From an uncultured Clostridia bacterium (GTDB taxonomy: Bacteria; Bacillota; Clostridia; Christensenellales; Borkfalkiaceae): 41,240 nucleotides of DNA. Shown piece by piece: positions 10,132 to 20,173 of this stretch. The stretch is taken from positions 1-41,240 of the forward strand of contig CALVSU010000001.1 in assembly GCA_944359385.1 (NCBI GenBank), read 5' to 3'. How positions within the stretch are numbered: the stretch's first letter is position 1; every line of letters starts with the position of its first letter. The notes beneath the pieces were generated by a model. It made no database searches. It was not told where the DNA came from and saw only the letters and a list, made by a program, of their open reading frames with translations. A program made the translations under genes and the position numbers.

Positions 10132-10932
10132 ATGCTGAAACTTGCGCTCATCGGGAAAGACGTATCAAAGTCGGACAGCGCCAAAATGCACATATTCGAT
10201 ATGAAGGGATTGGGCAGCGAATGTTCTTACGAACTCATCTCCTGCTCCAAGGAAGGATTTGACGACGCGGCAAAAAAATTGCTTGCGGAATACGACGCGT
10301 TCAACGTGACCATACCTTATAAGCTGGACATCATCCCATATTTGAAAAGGCTGGAAGGGGATGCGGCGGTGTTCGGCGCGGTCAACACGGTCAAAGACGG
10401 CGTGGGGTACAATACCGACGGCGCAGGGTTTTCGCTCATGCTGGAAAACAACGGAATATACCCGAAGGGGAAAAAAGCGCTCGTGCTCGGCGCGGGCGGT
10501 GCGGGCAGGAGCGTCGCGAAAAAACTGCTGGATGCGGGCGCGGAAGTTTTTGTGTATGACCTCAAAAAGGAAAACGCCGACGCACTGGCGCAGGAATTTG
10601 CGGGCGTTCGCGTCAAAGAGACGCTGACTGCGGAGCCGTACGATCTCATCGTAAACGTCACGGGTGTCGGTATGCACAAGACGGAGGGCGTTTCGCCGGT
10701 AGGCGCGGACATTCTCCAAGGGGCAAAATACGCGGTCGATCTTATCTATTATCCGAGAAAGAGCGAGTTTTTGCGCATTGCGGAGAGTCTCGGCAAACCC
10801 ATCGTGAACGGCGAGGGGATGCTTTTCTATCAGGCGTATTTTGCGGATTGCATCATTCTGGGCAGGGAGCCTTCCGCCGAAGAGGCGAAAGCGCTTTTTG
10901 AAAAATATTCGGAAGAGGAGAGGGACAGATGA
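10132..10932 (+). CDS. aroE: shikimate dehydrogenase
   Basis: NVTIPYK, GAVNT, GYNTDG, LGAGGAG, DLIYYP, GMLFYQA. Start at ATG 10132 after AAGGAG. Confidence 0.93.
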   Translation: MLKLALIGKDVSKSDSAKMHIFDMKGLGSECSYELISCSKEGFDDAAKKLLAEYDAFNVTIPYKLDIIPYLKRLEGDAAVFGAVNTVKDGVGYNTDGAGFSLMLENNGIYPKGKKALVLGAGGAGRSVAKKLLDAGAEVFVYDLKKENADALAQEFAGVRVKETLTAEPYDLIVNVTGVGMHKTEGVSPVGADILQGAKYAVDLIYYPRKSEFLRIAESLGKPIVNGEGMLFYQAYFADCIILGREPSAEEAKALFEKYSEEERDR

Positions 10933-11345
10933 AACTTCTCGTTTTGAACGGCGTCAACCTGAACATGACGGGGCGGCGCGAAAAATCTGTATACGGCGTG
11001 CAGACGCTGGACGACATCAACGCGGAGATCGCGGCGTTCTGCAAGGCGCGCGGCGCGGAATGCGAATTTTTCCAGAGCAATCTCGAAGGAGAACTTTGCA
11101 CAAAGATCCAGGAATCGGATGCCGACGGGATCATTCTCAACGCAGGTGCGTTCACGCATTACAGCTATGCACTGCGCGACGCGATCGCGTCCGTTTCCAC
11201 GCCCGTCGTGGAAGTGCATATGTCCAACGTACACGCCCGCGAAGAATTCAGACACAAATCTGTGATTTCCGAAGTCTGCAGAGGGACGATCCTCGGATTC
11301 GGGAAAAACAGTTATATCCTTGCGGCGGAGAGCTTTTTATTATGA
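10929..11345 (+). CDS. aroQ: type II 3-dehydroquinate dehydratase
   Basis: LNGVNLN..G.RE..VYG, QSNLEG, NAGAFTHYS, EVHMSNVHAREEFRH. Confidence 0.96.
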   Translation: MKLLVLNGVNLNMTGRREKSVYGVQTLDDINAEIAAFCKARGAECEFFQSNLEGELCTKIQESDADGIILNAGAFTHYSYALRDAIASVSTPVVEVHMSNVHAREEFRHKSVISEVCRGTILGFGKNSYILAAESFLL

Positions 11346-11854
11346 ACATCGTTTTATGCGGAATGATGGGCGCGGGCAAGACGAGCGTCGGCATCAAGAT
11401 CGCCGATCTTACGGGGATGCGCTGGTACGATACGGACGAGCTCATCGTGCAGAAATACGGCAAGATCCCCGCGATCTTTGAATTTTACGGGGAAGAACGT
11501 TTCCGCGAGATGGAATCGGAGATCGTGCGCGGGATATCGGAGGAGGACAACGCCGTCATTTCGACGGGCGGCGGATGTGTCCTGCGCCCCGAAAACAGCG
11601 CCGCGCTCAAAAAACACGGCAAGATTATTTTTTTGAAGGTGGATATTGCCGTGCTCTTCGAGCGCACGGGGCATACGAGCGACGATCGTCCGCTCCTGAA
11701 AAACACGACTTTCGACAAGATGAAAGAACTGCTCGATTATCGCACGCCGATCTATGAGAGCTGTGCCGATCACACGATCGACACCAACGGCAAAGACATC
11801 GAACAGGTCGCACGCGAGATTTGCGCCGTGTGCGGCATTCCCGTGATCGCATGA
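11342..11854 (+). CDS. aroK: shikimate kinase
   Basis: GMMGAGKT P-loop, DTD, FRE.E, STGGG, RPLL. True start is ATG 11342, overlapping the aroQ stop (ATGA). Confidence 0.95.
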   Translation: MNIVLCGMMGAGKTSVGIKIADLTGMRWYDTDELIVQKYGKIPAIFEFYGEERFREMESEIVRGISEEDNAVISTGGGCVLRPENSAALKKHGKIIFLKVDIAVLFERTGHTSDDRPLLKNTTFDKMKELLDYRTPIYESCADHTIDTNGKDIEQVAREICAVCGIPVIA

Positions 11855-12567
11855 GCACGGTGCTTGTTACGGGCGCGTCGCGCGGCATCGGCAGGGAGAT
11901 CGCGGTTGCTTTTGCCGAGGCGGGGCACGACGTCGCCTTCTGTTTTTCGAAGGACAAAGCGGGCGCCGAAGAGACGGCGCGCCTGATCCGCGCGGCGGGC
12001 GGAGAAGCATTGCCTTTTTTTGCCGACGTCTCCGATGAAAAGCAGGTGGAGGAGATGTTCTCCGCGCTTTTGGGACTGGAGATCGTCGTCAACAATGCGG
12101 GGATCTCTCTGTTTTCCGAAATCGCCAAAACTTCGCTGTCCGACTGGGAGCGGGTGTTCGCGGTCAATGTGCGCGGCGCCTTTTTGTGTACGCGCGCGGC
12201 GATTCCCAAACTTCTGAAACGCGGGGGCGGATGCATCGTCAACGTCTCTTCCATGTGGGGGGAAGCGGGCGCATCCTGCGAGTCCGCCTATTCGGCGAGC
12301 AAAGCCGCGCTCATCGGGTTTACGAAGGCGGCGGCAAAAGAACTTGCCCCGTCCGGAATACGCGTCAACTGCGTCGCACCCGGCATCATCGATACGGAGA
12401 TGAACGCACATCTGAGCCGCGAGGAACGTGAAGCGTTTGTCTGCGAGAACGTGCCTCTTCTGCGCGAAGGGACGGCGGGCGAAGTTGCCCGCGCGGTGCT
12501 TTTTCTTGCAAAGCATCCGTATATAACGGGCGAAGTGTTGCGCGTAAACGGTGGCGCGGTCATCTGA
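11851..12567 (+). CDS. short-chain dehydrogenase/reductase (FabG/YmfI-like)
   Basis: TGASRGIG, NNAG, YSASK catalytic motif, NCVAPG. ATGA overlap with aroK. Confidence 0.9.
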   Translation: MSTVLVTGASRGIGREIAVAFAEAGHDVAFCFSKDKAGAEETARLIRAAGGEALPFFADVSDEKQVEEMFSALLGLEIVVNNAGISLFSEIAKTSLSDWERVFAVNVRGAFLCTRAAIPKLLKRGGGCIVNVSSMWGEAGASCESAYSASKAALIGFTKAAAKELAPSGIRVNCVAPGIIDTEMNAHLSREEREAFVCENVPLLREGTAGEVARAVLFLAKHPYITGEVLRVNGGAVI

Positions 12568-12640
12568 ATATCGAGTCTGCGCTTATTGCATCCGTATATG
12601 ACGGGCGAAGTGTTGCGCGTAAACGGGGGCGCGATCGTCT
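12513..12640 (+). repeat. 53-bp imperfect direct repeat duplicating the SDR 3' end
   Basis: 12513-12565 vs 12588-12640, 4 mismatches, offset 75 bp. Confidence 0.9.
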
Positions 12641-12822
12641 TCATATCCCGGCGGCGCACATTTTTCGCGAAAATATGCGTTTTGCCGTATAAAAATCAAA
12701 AAAATTGCAAAAAAGAAAAGGGTTTTTTCATTTTTTGTCTAAATAATTTAATGGCGGGGTCATCGGAGACGGCGGCAAAATCTGCTTGCCGCATTAGCGC
12801 GGATCTTTCCCCGCTGCGGCAC

Positions 12823-13857
12823 ATGAAAATTTCCGATTCTGTCAAACAGCGTACTTTTGCGAAAGAAAGAGCTTTTTTTTCGCCGTATGCGTGTCTTTCC
12901 GAAAACACGCGCGGGAGAGCGCGCGACGAAAAACCATGCGATATGCGCACCGATTTTCAGCGCGATCGGGACAGGATCATTTACAGCAAGGCGTTTCTGC
13001 GTCTGAAAAACAAGACGCAGGTCTTTTTTTCTCCCGAAGGGGATCATTTCCGCACGCGCATGACGCATACGATCGACGTATCGCAGATCGCGCGCTCCAT
13101 CGTGCGGAGTCTTGCGCTCAATGAGGACCTAGCCGAAGCCATCGCGCTCGGGCACGATCTCGGGCACACGCCGTTCGGGCATGCGGGCGAGCGGGTGCTC
13201 AACAGTCTTTCGCCTTTCGGGTTTGCGCACAACGAGCAGTCTCTGCGCGTCGTCGACGTGCTGGAAAAGGACGGAAAGGGACTCAATCTCACCTTCGAAG
13301 TGCGTGACGGCATCGTGAACCATAAAAAGAGCGGGAATCCTGCCACGCTGGAAGGGAAGGCTGTATCTCTTGCCGACCGCATTGCCTACGTCAACCATGA
13401 CATCGAAGACGCCATCCGCGCGGGGCTTTTGAGAGAGGACGAGCTTCCCCAAAAAGAGATCTCCGTGCTTGGCGGGTCTTCGCGCGACAGGATCAACACG
13501 ATGATCACCTCTATTTACGAGAACAGCGAAGGCAAAAACGAAGTAAAAATGGGCGAACGGGAAGCGGAGGCGCTGGAAAATCTGCGCGCTTTCATGTTCG
13601 ACAAAGTGTACATCACCGAGCAGTCGATGAAGGAAGAGGAGCGGGCAAAGCGCATGCTTTCGGCGATGTACGATTATTTCAGAAAACAAAAGGACAAGCT
13701 GCCCGCCTTCTATCTTTCGCTTACGGACAAATATCCGCTCGAACAGGTCATCTGCGACTATCTTTCCTCCATGACGGACAAGTATGCGGTGGCGGTGTTC
13801 AACAATATCTTCATTCCCAAAAGCTGGGGAATGACGGAGCAAGACCTGAATCAATGA
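12823..13857 (+). CDS. dgt: deoxyguanosinetriphosphate triphosphohydrolase (HD domain)
   Basis: RTDFQRDRDRI, KTQVF, RTRMTH, GHDLGHTPFGHAGE, ADRIAY. Start probably ATG 12823. Confidence 0.92.
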   Translation: MKISDSVKQRTFAKERAFFSPYACLSENTRGRARDEKPCDMRTDFQRDRDRIIYSKAFLRLKNKTQVFFSPEGDHFRTRMTHTIDVSQIARSIVRSLALNEDLAEAIALGHDLGHTPFGHAGERVLNSLSPFGFAHNEQSLRVVDVLEKDGKGLNLTFEVRDGIVNHKKSGNPATLEGKAVSLADRIAYVNHDIEDAIRAGLLREDELPQKEISVLGGSSRDRINTMITSIYENSEGKNEVKMGEREAEALENLRAFMFDKVYITEQSMKEEERAKRMLSAMYDYFRKQKDKLPAFYLSLTDKYPLEQVICDYLSSMTDKYAVAVFNNIFIPKSWGMTEQDLNQ

Positions 13858-13908
13858 CAGCGCCGCACAAAAATGCGGCAGCCGCGCGCGGCGCGGCGGA
13901 GGGGCAAG

Positions 13909-15684
13909 ATGCCGAACGGGCTCGACAGTGAATTTCTGGCAAAACTGAAAAGCAAGAACGATATCGTCGAAGTGATCGGCAATTACGTGTCTTTGGAGAA
14001 AAAGGGGAGCAACTACTGGGCTTGCTGTCCTTTTCATCATGAAAAGACCCCGTCTTTTTCCGTCAATTCCATCGATCAGTATTACCATTGTTTCGGTTGC
14101 GGCGTGAGCGGAGACGTGATCACCTTTGTCCGCGAGATCGAGTCGGTCGACTTTGTCGACGCCGTGAAGATCCTTGCCGAACGTGTAAAAATGCCCCTTC
14201 CCGACATCAACTTCGATTCGGAAAAGACGATCGAACAGAAGCGCAGGCGCGACGCCGTTTTGAAGATCCTGCGTGAATCAGCGCATTTTTATTTGCACAA
14301 CCTCAATTCCGGCAGGGCGGACGCGCACGTGCAGTATATTCTGGACAGAAAGCTCTCTTCTTCGACCGTCCGCAAATTCGGTCTGGGCGCGTCGCTGGAT
14401 TTCAAGTCGCTCCCCGAGTACCTTCTCGACAAAGGGTACAGGCGCGACGATATCCTCGAAAGCGGAGCCGTCACCGAAACGGATAAAAACAGGCTCATCG
14501 ACGCGCAGGGGGGGAGGCTGATCTTTCCCATCATCAATGCGTTCGACGACGTTGTCGCTTTCGGCGGCAGGGTGCTTGAAAAGACGGATTTCGCAAAATA
14601 CAAAAACACGAAAGAGACTATCGTTTTCAACAAGAGCAAAAATCTTTATAATATCAACCTGCTCAAAAAGCAAAAGAAGGCGGCGGGGCTGAAAAACATC
14701 GTTATGGTCGAAGGGTATATGGACACCATTTCCCTCTGGCAGGCGGGATTTTACAACGTGGTCGCGAGCATGGGCACCTCCCTCACCAAGGAGCAGGCGC
14801 GCCTTGCCAAACGGTATGCGGACGACGTTCTCATCAGTTACGACGGAGACTTCGCGGGGCAGAAAGGCGCGATCCGCGGGCTGGAGATCCTGCGCGACGA
14901 AGGGGTGAACGTGCGCGTCGTTGCGCTTCCCGAAGGGCTGGACCCCGACGACGTCGTGAAAAAATACGGCAACGACGGGTATCAGAAATGTCTGGACGAG
15001 GCGATGCCCCTCATCGATTTCAAGCTCAACGTGCTGGGCAGGAATTACGATCTCACAAAGACGGAGGAAAAGCGCGAATACATCGCGCAGGCGCTCAAAG
15101 TTATCAAAGAAGCGGAGAGCGAGAGCGTCCGGGAAGACCTTTTGAAAACATTGCGGGACAAGACGGGCATGACCTTCGAATCGCTCAGGAGAGATCTGGA
15201 TAATGCGCCTTCGGCGCCCGTCGTGCGCGAAGCGCCCGAGCCCGTTCGCAATGACGACGGCGCGGACAGAAATGTCAAAGCGTGTCGTTTTATCCTTGCT
15301 TCGGTGCTTTTCAACGCGAAATATGCGCGGAATTTTGATCTTGAAGGTGTCAAATTTGACAATAATGTGCATAATATCATCGCGCAGTACATCAAGGGAC
15401 GAAAAAAGAACGGAGAAAATGTCCGTGCGAGCGATCTTTTCGAGATTTTTGACGAAAATACGCCCGAGCTTTCGGCGATCCTGGATCTGAGCATGGGCGA
15501 CAGTTTCGAGGGGTACGGCGCGGCAAAATATTTTGAAGACTGCGTGAAGACGCTGGAGCGGCAGAAGATCGAAGACGAGCTGAAACGGCTCAGCGCGGCT
15601 TGCGACGCGGAGACAGAGCTGGACAAGAAAAGACAGCTCACGCGCAGTATTTTAGAACTTACAAAGCAACTTAAAAATTTTTAA
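13909..15684 (+). CDS. dnaG: DNA primase
   Basis: CPFHHEKTPSF...CFGC zinc finger, KYKNT, VEGYMD TOPRIM, YDGDFAG. Start at ATG 13909 after GGAGG. Confidence 0.97.
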   Translation: MPNGLDSEFLAKLKSKNDIVEVIGNYVSLEKKGSNYWACCPFHHEKTPSFSVNSIDQYYHCFGCGVSGDVITFVREIESVDFVDAVKILAERVKMPLPDINFDSEKTIEQKRRRDAVLKILRESAHFYLHNLNSGRADAHVQYILDRKLSSSTVRKFGLGASLDFKSLPEYLLDKGYRRDDILESGAVTETDKNRLIDAQGGRLIFPIINAFDDVVAFGGRVLEKTDFAKYKNTKETIVFNKSKNLYNINLLKKQKKAAGLKNIVMVEGYMDTISLWQAGFYNVVASMGTSLTKEQARLAKRYADDVLISYDGDFAGQKGAIRGLEILRDEGVNVRVVALPEGLDPDDVVKKYGNDGYQKCLDEAMPLIDFKLNVLGRNYDLTKTEEKREYIAQALKVIKEAESESVREDLLKTLRDKTGMTFESLRRDLDNAPSAPVVREAPEPVRNDDGADRNVKACRFILASVLFNAKYARNFDLEGVKFDNNVHNIIAQYIKGRKKNGENVRASDLFEIFDENTPELSAILDLSMGDSFEGYGAAKYFEDCVKTLERQKIEDELKRLSAACDAETELDKKRQLTRSILELTKQLKNF

Positions 15685-15710
15685 CATAAGCGGAGGATAA
15701 ACAAGCAAGC

Positions 15711-16766
15711 ATGAGCGTATCCGAACAGAAACTCAACGAAATACTCAAACAGATCATCGGAGAATATCGCCAAAAAGGCAGCATATCGACCAACGTGCTC
15801 TGCGACATACTCGAAAAGATCGATACCAATCCCGATCAGATCGATTACATCTACAAATCGATCGGTGAGGCGGGTATTCAGATCGTCGACGAGGACGAAC
15901 GCGACCGCGAGTTGTTCGAGCAGGCCCTTCGTGACATCGGGCTGGACGACCCCGTCAAGATGTACCTGAAAGACATCGGCAGGGTGCCTCTTCTTTCTGC
16001 GGACGAAGAGATCGATCTGGCGCGCCGTATGCAGGAAGGCGACGAGGCGGCGAAAAAGCGCCTTTCCGAGGCGAACCTCAGGCTGGTCGTATCTATCGCA
16101 AAGCGCTACGTGGGCAGGGGTATGCTCTTCCTCGATCTCATACAGGAAGGTAACCTCGGTCTCATGAAAGCCGTGGAAAAATTCGATTATCAGAAGGGAT
16201 TCAAGTTTTCGACGTATGCGACCTGGTGGATCCGCCAGGCGATCACGCGCGCCATTGCCGACCAGGCGAGGACCATCCGTATTCCCGTGCACATGGTGGA
16301 AACGATCAACCGCCTGACCCGCGCTTCCAGGATCCTTTTGCAGCAGCTCGGGCGCGAGCCTACGCCCGCGGAGATCGCGGAAGAGCTGAATATGCCCGAA
16401 GACCGCGTCAGAGAGATCCAGAAGATCGCGCAGGATCCCGTTTCGCTGGAAACGCCGATCGGCGAGGAAGAGGATTCGCATCTCGGCGATTTTATCGAGG
16501 ACGACCGCGCGACCACGCCGAGCGATTCGGTCGCGTTCACTATGCTCAAAGAACAGCTTCTGGGTGTTTTGGACACGCTCACGCCGCGCGAAGAGAAGGT
16601 CTTGCGTCTGCGTTACGGTATCGACGACGGGAAGCCCCGCACGCTCGAAGAGGTGGGTAAAGAGTTCAATGTGACCCGTGAGCGTATTCGCCAGATCGAA
16701 GCGAAGGCGCTTCGCAAACTGCGCCATCCCAGCCGCAGCAAGAAGCTGAAAGATTTTCTCGACTGA
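15711..16766 (+). CDS. rpoD: primary sigma factor SigA
   Basis: [46 protein letters not shown]. Confidence 0.98.
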   Translation: MSVSEQKLNEILKQIIGEYRQKGSISTNVLCDILEKIDTNPDQIDYIYKSIGEAGIQIVDEDERDRELFEQALRDIGLDDPVKMYLKDIGRVPLLSADEEIDLARRMQEGDEAAKKRLSEANLRLVVSIAKRYVGRGMLFLDLIQEGNLGLMKAVEKFDYQKGFKFSTYATWWIRQAITRAIADQARTIRIPVHMVETINRLTRASRILLQQLGREPTPAEIAEELNMPEDRVREIQKIAQDPVSLETPIGEEEDSHLGDFIEDDRATTPSDSVAFTMLKEQLLGVLDTLTPREEKVLRLRYGIDDGKPRTLEEVGKEFNVTRERIRQIEAKALRKLRHPSRSKKLKDFLD

Positions 16767-17437
16767 TGAAAAGGACGAAGCGGCTTTCCGTTTTATGCGG
16801 CGAGCTGGAAGCGTGTACGTTGTTTGCCGACGTAGGCTGCGATCACGGTTACTGCACCGAATATATGCTGAAAAACGGGCTGTGCCGCAGGGCGCAGATT
16901 TCGGATATCAGCGCGAAGAGCCTGAAAAAAGCGGAGGACCTTCTCGCTTCTTACATAGAACGCGGCGACGCAGTCGCGATCGTGTGCGCGGGGCTTGAAA
17001 AGATCGACAGATCGACTGATCTTGTGCTGATTGCGGGCATGGGCGGCGAGGAGATCGTAAAAATATTGGAAGAGGGATTCCTGCCCGAAAAACTCCTGTT
17101 GCAGCCGATGAAAAACGCCGACAAGGTACGCGCGTTTCTCTTGTCAAAAGGGTACGGTATCTGCAGGGATTACACCTTTTTTGCCGAGGGCAAGTTTTAC
17201 GACGTGATCAAAGCGTGTAAGGGCGCGCCTTCGGCATACACGGAAGACATGATCCTGTTCGGGGGGGACAATCTGATAAGTCCCCGCGCGGATTTTCTCA
17301 AAAAACTTGAAAAGGAGATCCGGCTCAACGAACTTTGGCTGCAAGAAGCGAAAGAAGGGCGAGAAAACATTCTCGCGCGCCTTCGGAAACTGAGAGGGAT
17401 TTACGATGAAACTTGTGGACGTTTACGCGAAAATTGA
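16766..17437 (+). CDS. trmK: tRNA (adenine-22-N1)-methyltransferase
   Basis: ADVGCDHGY, IAGMGG, LQPM. Canonical position after rpoD. Confidence 0.88.
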   Translation: MKRTKRLSVLCGELEACTLFADVGCDHGYCTEYMLKNGLCRRAQISDISAKSLKKAEDLLASYIERGDAVAIVCAGLEKIDRSTDLVLIAGMGGEEIVKILEEGFLPEKLLLQPMKNADKVRAFLLSKGYGICRDYTFFAEGKFYDVIKACKGAPSAYTEDMILFGGDNLISPRADFLKKLEKEIRLNELWLQEAKEGRENILARLRKLRGIYDETCGRLREN

Positions 17438-18188
17438 CGGGGCATACCCCAAGAAGCTCAGCGACGAATATGTGGCGGCGTTCGGCGGTCACGACAACAG
17501 CGGCATTCTGATCGACACGGGCGCCGACATAACGGGGGCTGTGTTTTCTCTCGATCTGTCGGAGGGTGCGATCGCCTGCGCGAAGGCGCGCGGCGCAAAT
17601 CTGATCGTCACCCATCATCCCGCGATCTTTTTTCCCGTTTCGCGCCTTTCTGTCGAAGATCCCGTCGGCGCGCGGCTGATCGCCTGCGTACAAGGCGGTA
17701 TCAGCGTCGTTTCCATGCACCTCAATCTCGATTGCGCGCCCGAAGGCATCGATATGTGGCTTGCAAAGGGCATCGGCTGCAAGACAAATGTTGCGCCGCT
17801 CGAATGCACGGACGGCGGCGGATACGGGAGGATTTATGAGATAGAACCCTGTTCGTTTGCGGCGTTCGGTGAGAGGCTGAAAAGGGAATTTTCGGCAACC
17901 CGCTTGCTTACATACGGAAAAGAGGGCGAGATCGGGCGCGTGGCGTCCTTTTGCGGCGCGGGCGTGGATGCCGCGGCGGTCGCCGCGGCAAAGAGGTGCG
18001 GCGCGGACGTCATCGTCTCGTCCGACGTCAAACATAATTTTATATGCGATATTCTCGAATCGGGAATGCGGCTGGCTGTGCTGACGCATTATGCGGGAGA
18101 GAATTACGGATTCAAAAAAATTTATCAGAGTCTTTGCGGAAAACTCGGCGTGCCTGCGGCATATTATGAAGACGGGTTCATGCTTTGA
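17406..18188 (+). CDS. Nif3-like dinuclear metal centre protein
   Basis: DNSG, THHPAIF, HLNLD, SSDVKH, THYAGE. Confidence 0.9.
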   Translation: MKLVDVYAKIDGAYPKKLSDEYVAAFGGHDNSGILIDTGADITGAVFSLDLSEGAIACAKARGANLIVTHHPAIFFPVSRLSVEDPVGARLIACVQGGISVVSMHLNLDCAPEGIDMWLAKGIGCKTNVAPLECTDGGGYGRIYEIEPCSFAAFGERLKREFSATRLLTYGKEGEIGRVASFCGAGVDAAAVAAAKRCGADVIVSSDVKHNFICDILESGMRLAVLTHYAGENYGFKKIYQSLCGKLGVPAAYYEDGFML

Positions 18189-18205
18189 TTTGAGGGAGGT
18201 ATACA

Positions 18206-18907
18206 ATGATAGATGCAATGCTGAAATACCAGGAAACGGACGGAAAACTTCGCGCCGTCGAACAGGAGATCGCGGCGACGGAAGAGCGCAAGAAGTATAT
18301 GACCGCGCGCAAATTCCTTGAAAAAGCGCCCGAAAAACTGGAAGCGCTCGATGCGCGCGCCGTCGAATTCAAGAGGATCTTCGAGCGGCTGGAGCAGAAA
18401 TACGCCGAGATCGCCGACACGATCAAGGACTACGAAAACCTCGACGAAATGGTAGACGAACAGGGCGGGGAAATTTCTTTTTATAAGAAAAACGCGGCGG
18501 CGATCGCGGACAATCTCAAAAGCCTGAGGGCAGAGATCAACAAGCTTGTCCAGCAGATCGAAAAGACCGCCGCCGAATATGCAGCGGCAAAAAAACAGAC
18601 GATCGCCATGCAAAAGCAGTACAAGGAATATAAAGAGAAATACGCGGCGGTCAAGGAATCCCGCGCGGCGGAGATCGCCGCGATCGAAGCGGAACTCGCC
18701 AAGATCGGTAAAGATATCCCTGCCGAGACTCTCGACAAATATAAAGCGAAACGGAAAGAAAAGATTTTTCCCGTCATTGTAGAAGTGAACGGAAATCGTT
18801 GCCCGCAGTGCGGTATGGAACTTTCCATTGCCGAGATCTCGAAGCTGACGGACGGGCGGTACATTGAATGCGACAGCTGCCGCCGTATTTTATTCAAAAG
18901 AAAATAA
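18206..18907 (+). CDS. coiled-coil protein with C4 zinc ribbon (zf-RING_7 / HP0958-like)
   Basis: Long coiled coil ending in CPQC...CDSCRRIL. Usual neighbour of nif3. Confidence 0.8.
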   Translation: MIDAMLKYQETDGKLRAVEQEIAATEERKKYMTARKFLEKAPEKLEALDARAVEFKRIFERLEQKYAEIADTIKDYENLDEMVDEQGGEISFYKKNAAAIADNLKSLRAEINKLVQQIEKTAAEYAAAKKQTIAMQKQYKEYKEKYAAVKESRAAEIAAIEAELAKIGKDIPAETLDKYKAKRKEKIFPVIVEVNGNRCPQCGMELSIAEISKLTDGRYIECDSCRRILFKRK

Positions 18908-18936
18908 ATCTTCGGACAGAGTAAACTTTTTGACGG

Positions 18937-18980
18937 ACGACGCACGCGCCGCAATATTTGCGGCGCGTGCGTCGTTTTTT
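18937..18980. terminator. terminator between convergent genes
   Basis: Perfect 18-bp stem ACGACGCACGCGCCGCAA/TTGCGGCGCGTGCGTCGT with T-tail on the + strand. Confidence 0.85.
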
Positions 18981-18984
18981 AATA

Positions 18985-19980
18985 TTATACTTTTTTTCGC
19001 TCTATCGGCAGGCAGATTTCTATATACCGTGTTTTCTCGCGCGGATGAGCGGGGCGCCAATGCATAATGGTAAGTTCGGGTGCACGGCAGAAAACATAAT
19101 CATTCAGCAGATTTTCGCTTTCCGCGATTTTTTGGCGCATCTCGATGTAATCCTGCACGGGTCTCTTCTTTTTGGGCGTTTTGAAAATGAGGTAAGTCTG
19201 TTCGGGGATGACGATCGTTTCGAAGTGCATTTCTTCCATAAAACCTACTCCTGTCACCGTTTTGTCGTACAGCGCTTCTCTTGTCCATGCGTCGAGTTCG
19301 TATGCAATGTAAAAATCATATCCTTCATCGTCCGCGTTTGTTACAATGCAATAATCCTTTTCGTAGTCGGAGGAAGCGCCGAGCAAAAGCCATTGTTTTG
19401 CCCTCGTGCCCGTCATAAATCGTTCTTCCTGTTTTGCCCGTTCGGGACCATAGGGGACTCCGTGAAAGCGCGCTTTGTATCCGACCAGAATCAAAGCAGG
19501 TTTTTTTGCGATGACGCAGGAACTTTCAGCTCTCTCTGTCCATTCCGCACTTTTGCAGGAGTGTGTGGATTCTCTCGTCGGTTCGGCATGAGCACCGGGA
19601 CTTTCGTTTCCGCCTGTCAGCTCGGTTCGCACACAGAGAGGGGAATAAATTTTTACGGAGCAGCCTTTCTTTGCCTGCGAAGGGCGGACGCCGTGGAATC
19701 TGAAAAAAGCACGCGAAAAACTTTCCGGTGTCTCGTATCCGTATTTCAGCGCGACGTCGATGACTTTTGCGCGAGGATTTGTAAGTTCCTGTCCTGCGAG
19801 CGACAGCCTTCGTCTTCTTATATATTCTGCGGGCGAAACGCCGCATATGATGGAAAATGTCCGCTGAAAGTGATAACAAGACGAAAAAGCCTGTTTTGCA
19901 ATTTGTGCGTAATCGAGATTTTCATCGATATGCAATTCGATGTAATCGATCGCCCTCTGTATACCTTCGGTCCAGTCCAT
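18985..19980 (-). CDS. AraC-family regulator with C-terminal GyrI-like effector domain
   Basis: AIDYIE, YHFQRTF, YIRRRRLS, DVALKYGYETPESFSRAF...HG..PS; C-terminal EICLPI. GGAGG RBS. Confidence 0.9.
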   Translation of the reverse strand: MDWTEGIQRAIDYIELHIDENLDYAQIAKQAFSSCYHFQRTFSIICGVSPAEYIRRRRLSLAGQELTNPRAKVIDVALKYGYETPESFSRAFFRFHGVRPSQAKKGCSVKIYSPLCVRTELTGGNESPGAHAEPTRESTHSCKSAEWTERAESSCVIAKKPALILVGYKARFHGVPYGPERAKQEERFMTGTRAKQWLLLGASSDYEKDYCIVTNADDEGYDFYIAYELDAWTREALYDKTVTGVGFMEEMHFETIVIPEQTYLIFKTPKKKRPVQDYIEMRQKIAESENLLNDYVFCRAPELTIMHWRPAHPREKTRYIEICLPIERKKV

Positions 19981-20007
19981 ATTTATCCCTCCGAATCTGC
20001 TGTAATC

Positions 20008-20050
20008 ATTATAGCAAACCGTTCAAAATTTTTCCTGATATTTGTTGCTC
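20008..20050 (-). promoter_or_regulatory. AraC gene promoter: extended -10 without a consensus -35
   Basis: TGcTATAAT on the - strand (TATAAT 20013-20008). The -35 position reads AGGAAA. Confidence 0.55.
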
Positions 20051-20173
20051 TTTTCGGTTAGTTTTAGGTGTGCTGCAAAATTTTTATGTTTTCCGCGACG
20101 TTGTCGAGGGGAGGCGCGATCGCGTTGTAAGTCTTTGCGACATTTTGCAATTTGCAAAGTTTGCGGGGTTATG

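Noticed and set aside
10841-11341. Long N-terminal extension of aroK, or a frameshift fusion with aroQ
   Set aside because: aroK has its own ATG overlapping the aroQ stop (ATGA). The upstream open frame is an alternative frame of aroQ.
12586-12822. 79-aa N-terminal extension on the dGTPase
   Set aside because: It starts inside the duplicated SDR tail and crosses an AT-rich intergenic tract. Homology-like sequence begins near ATG 12823.
18958-20061. 367-aa + strand ORF
   Set aside because: It is antisense to the clearly recognisable AraC gene and begins inside a terminator hairpin.
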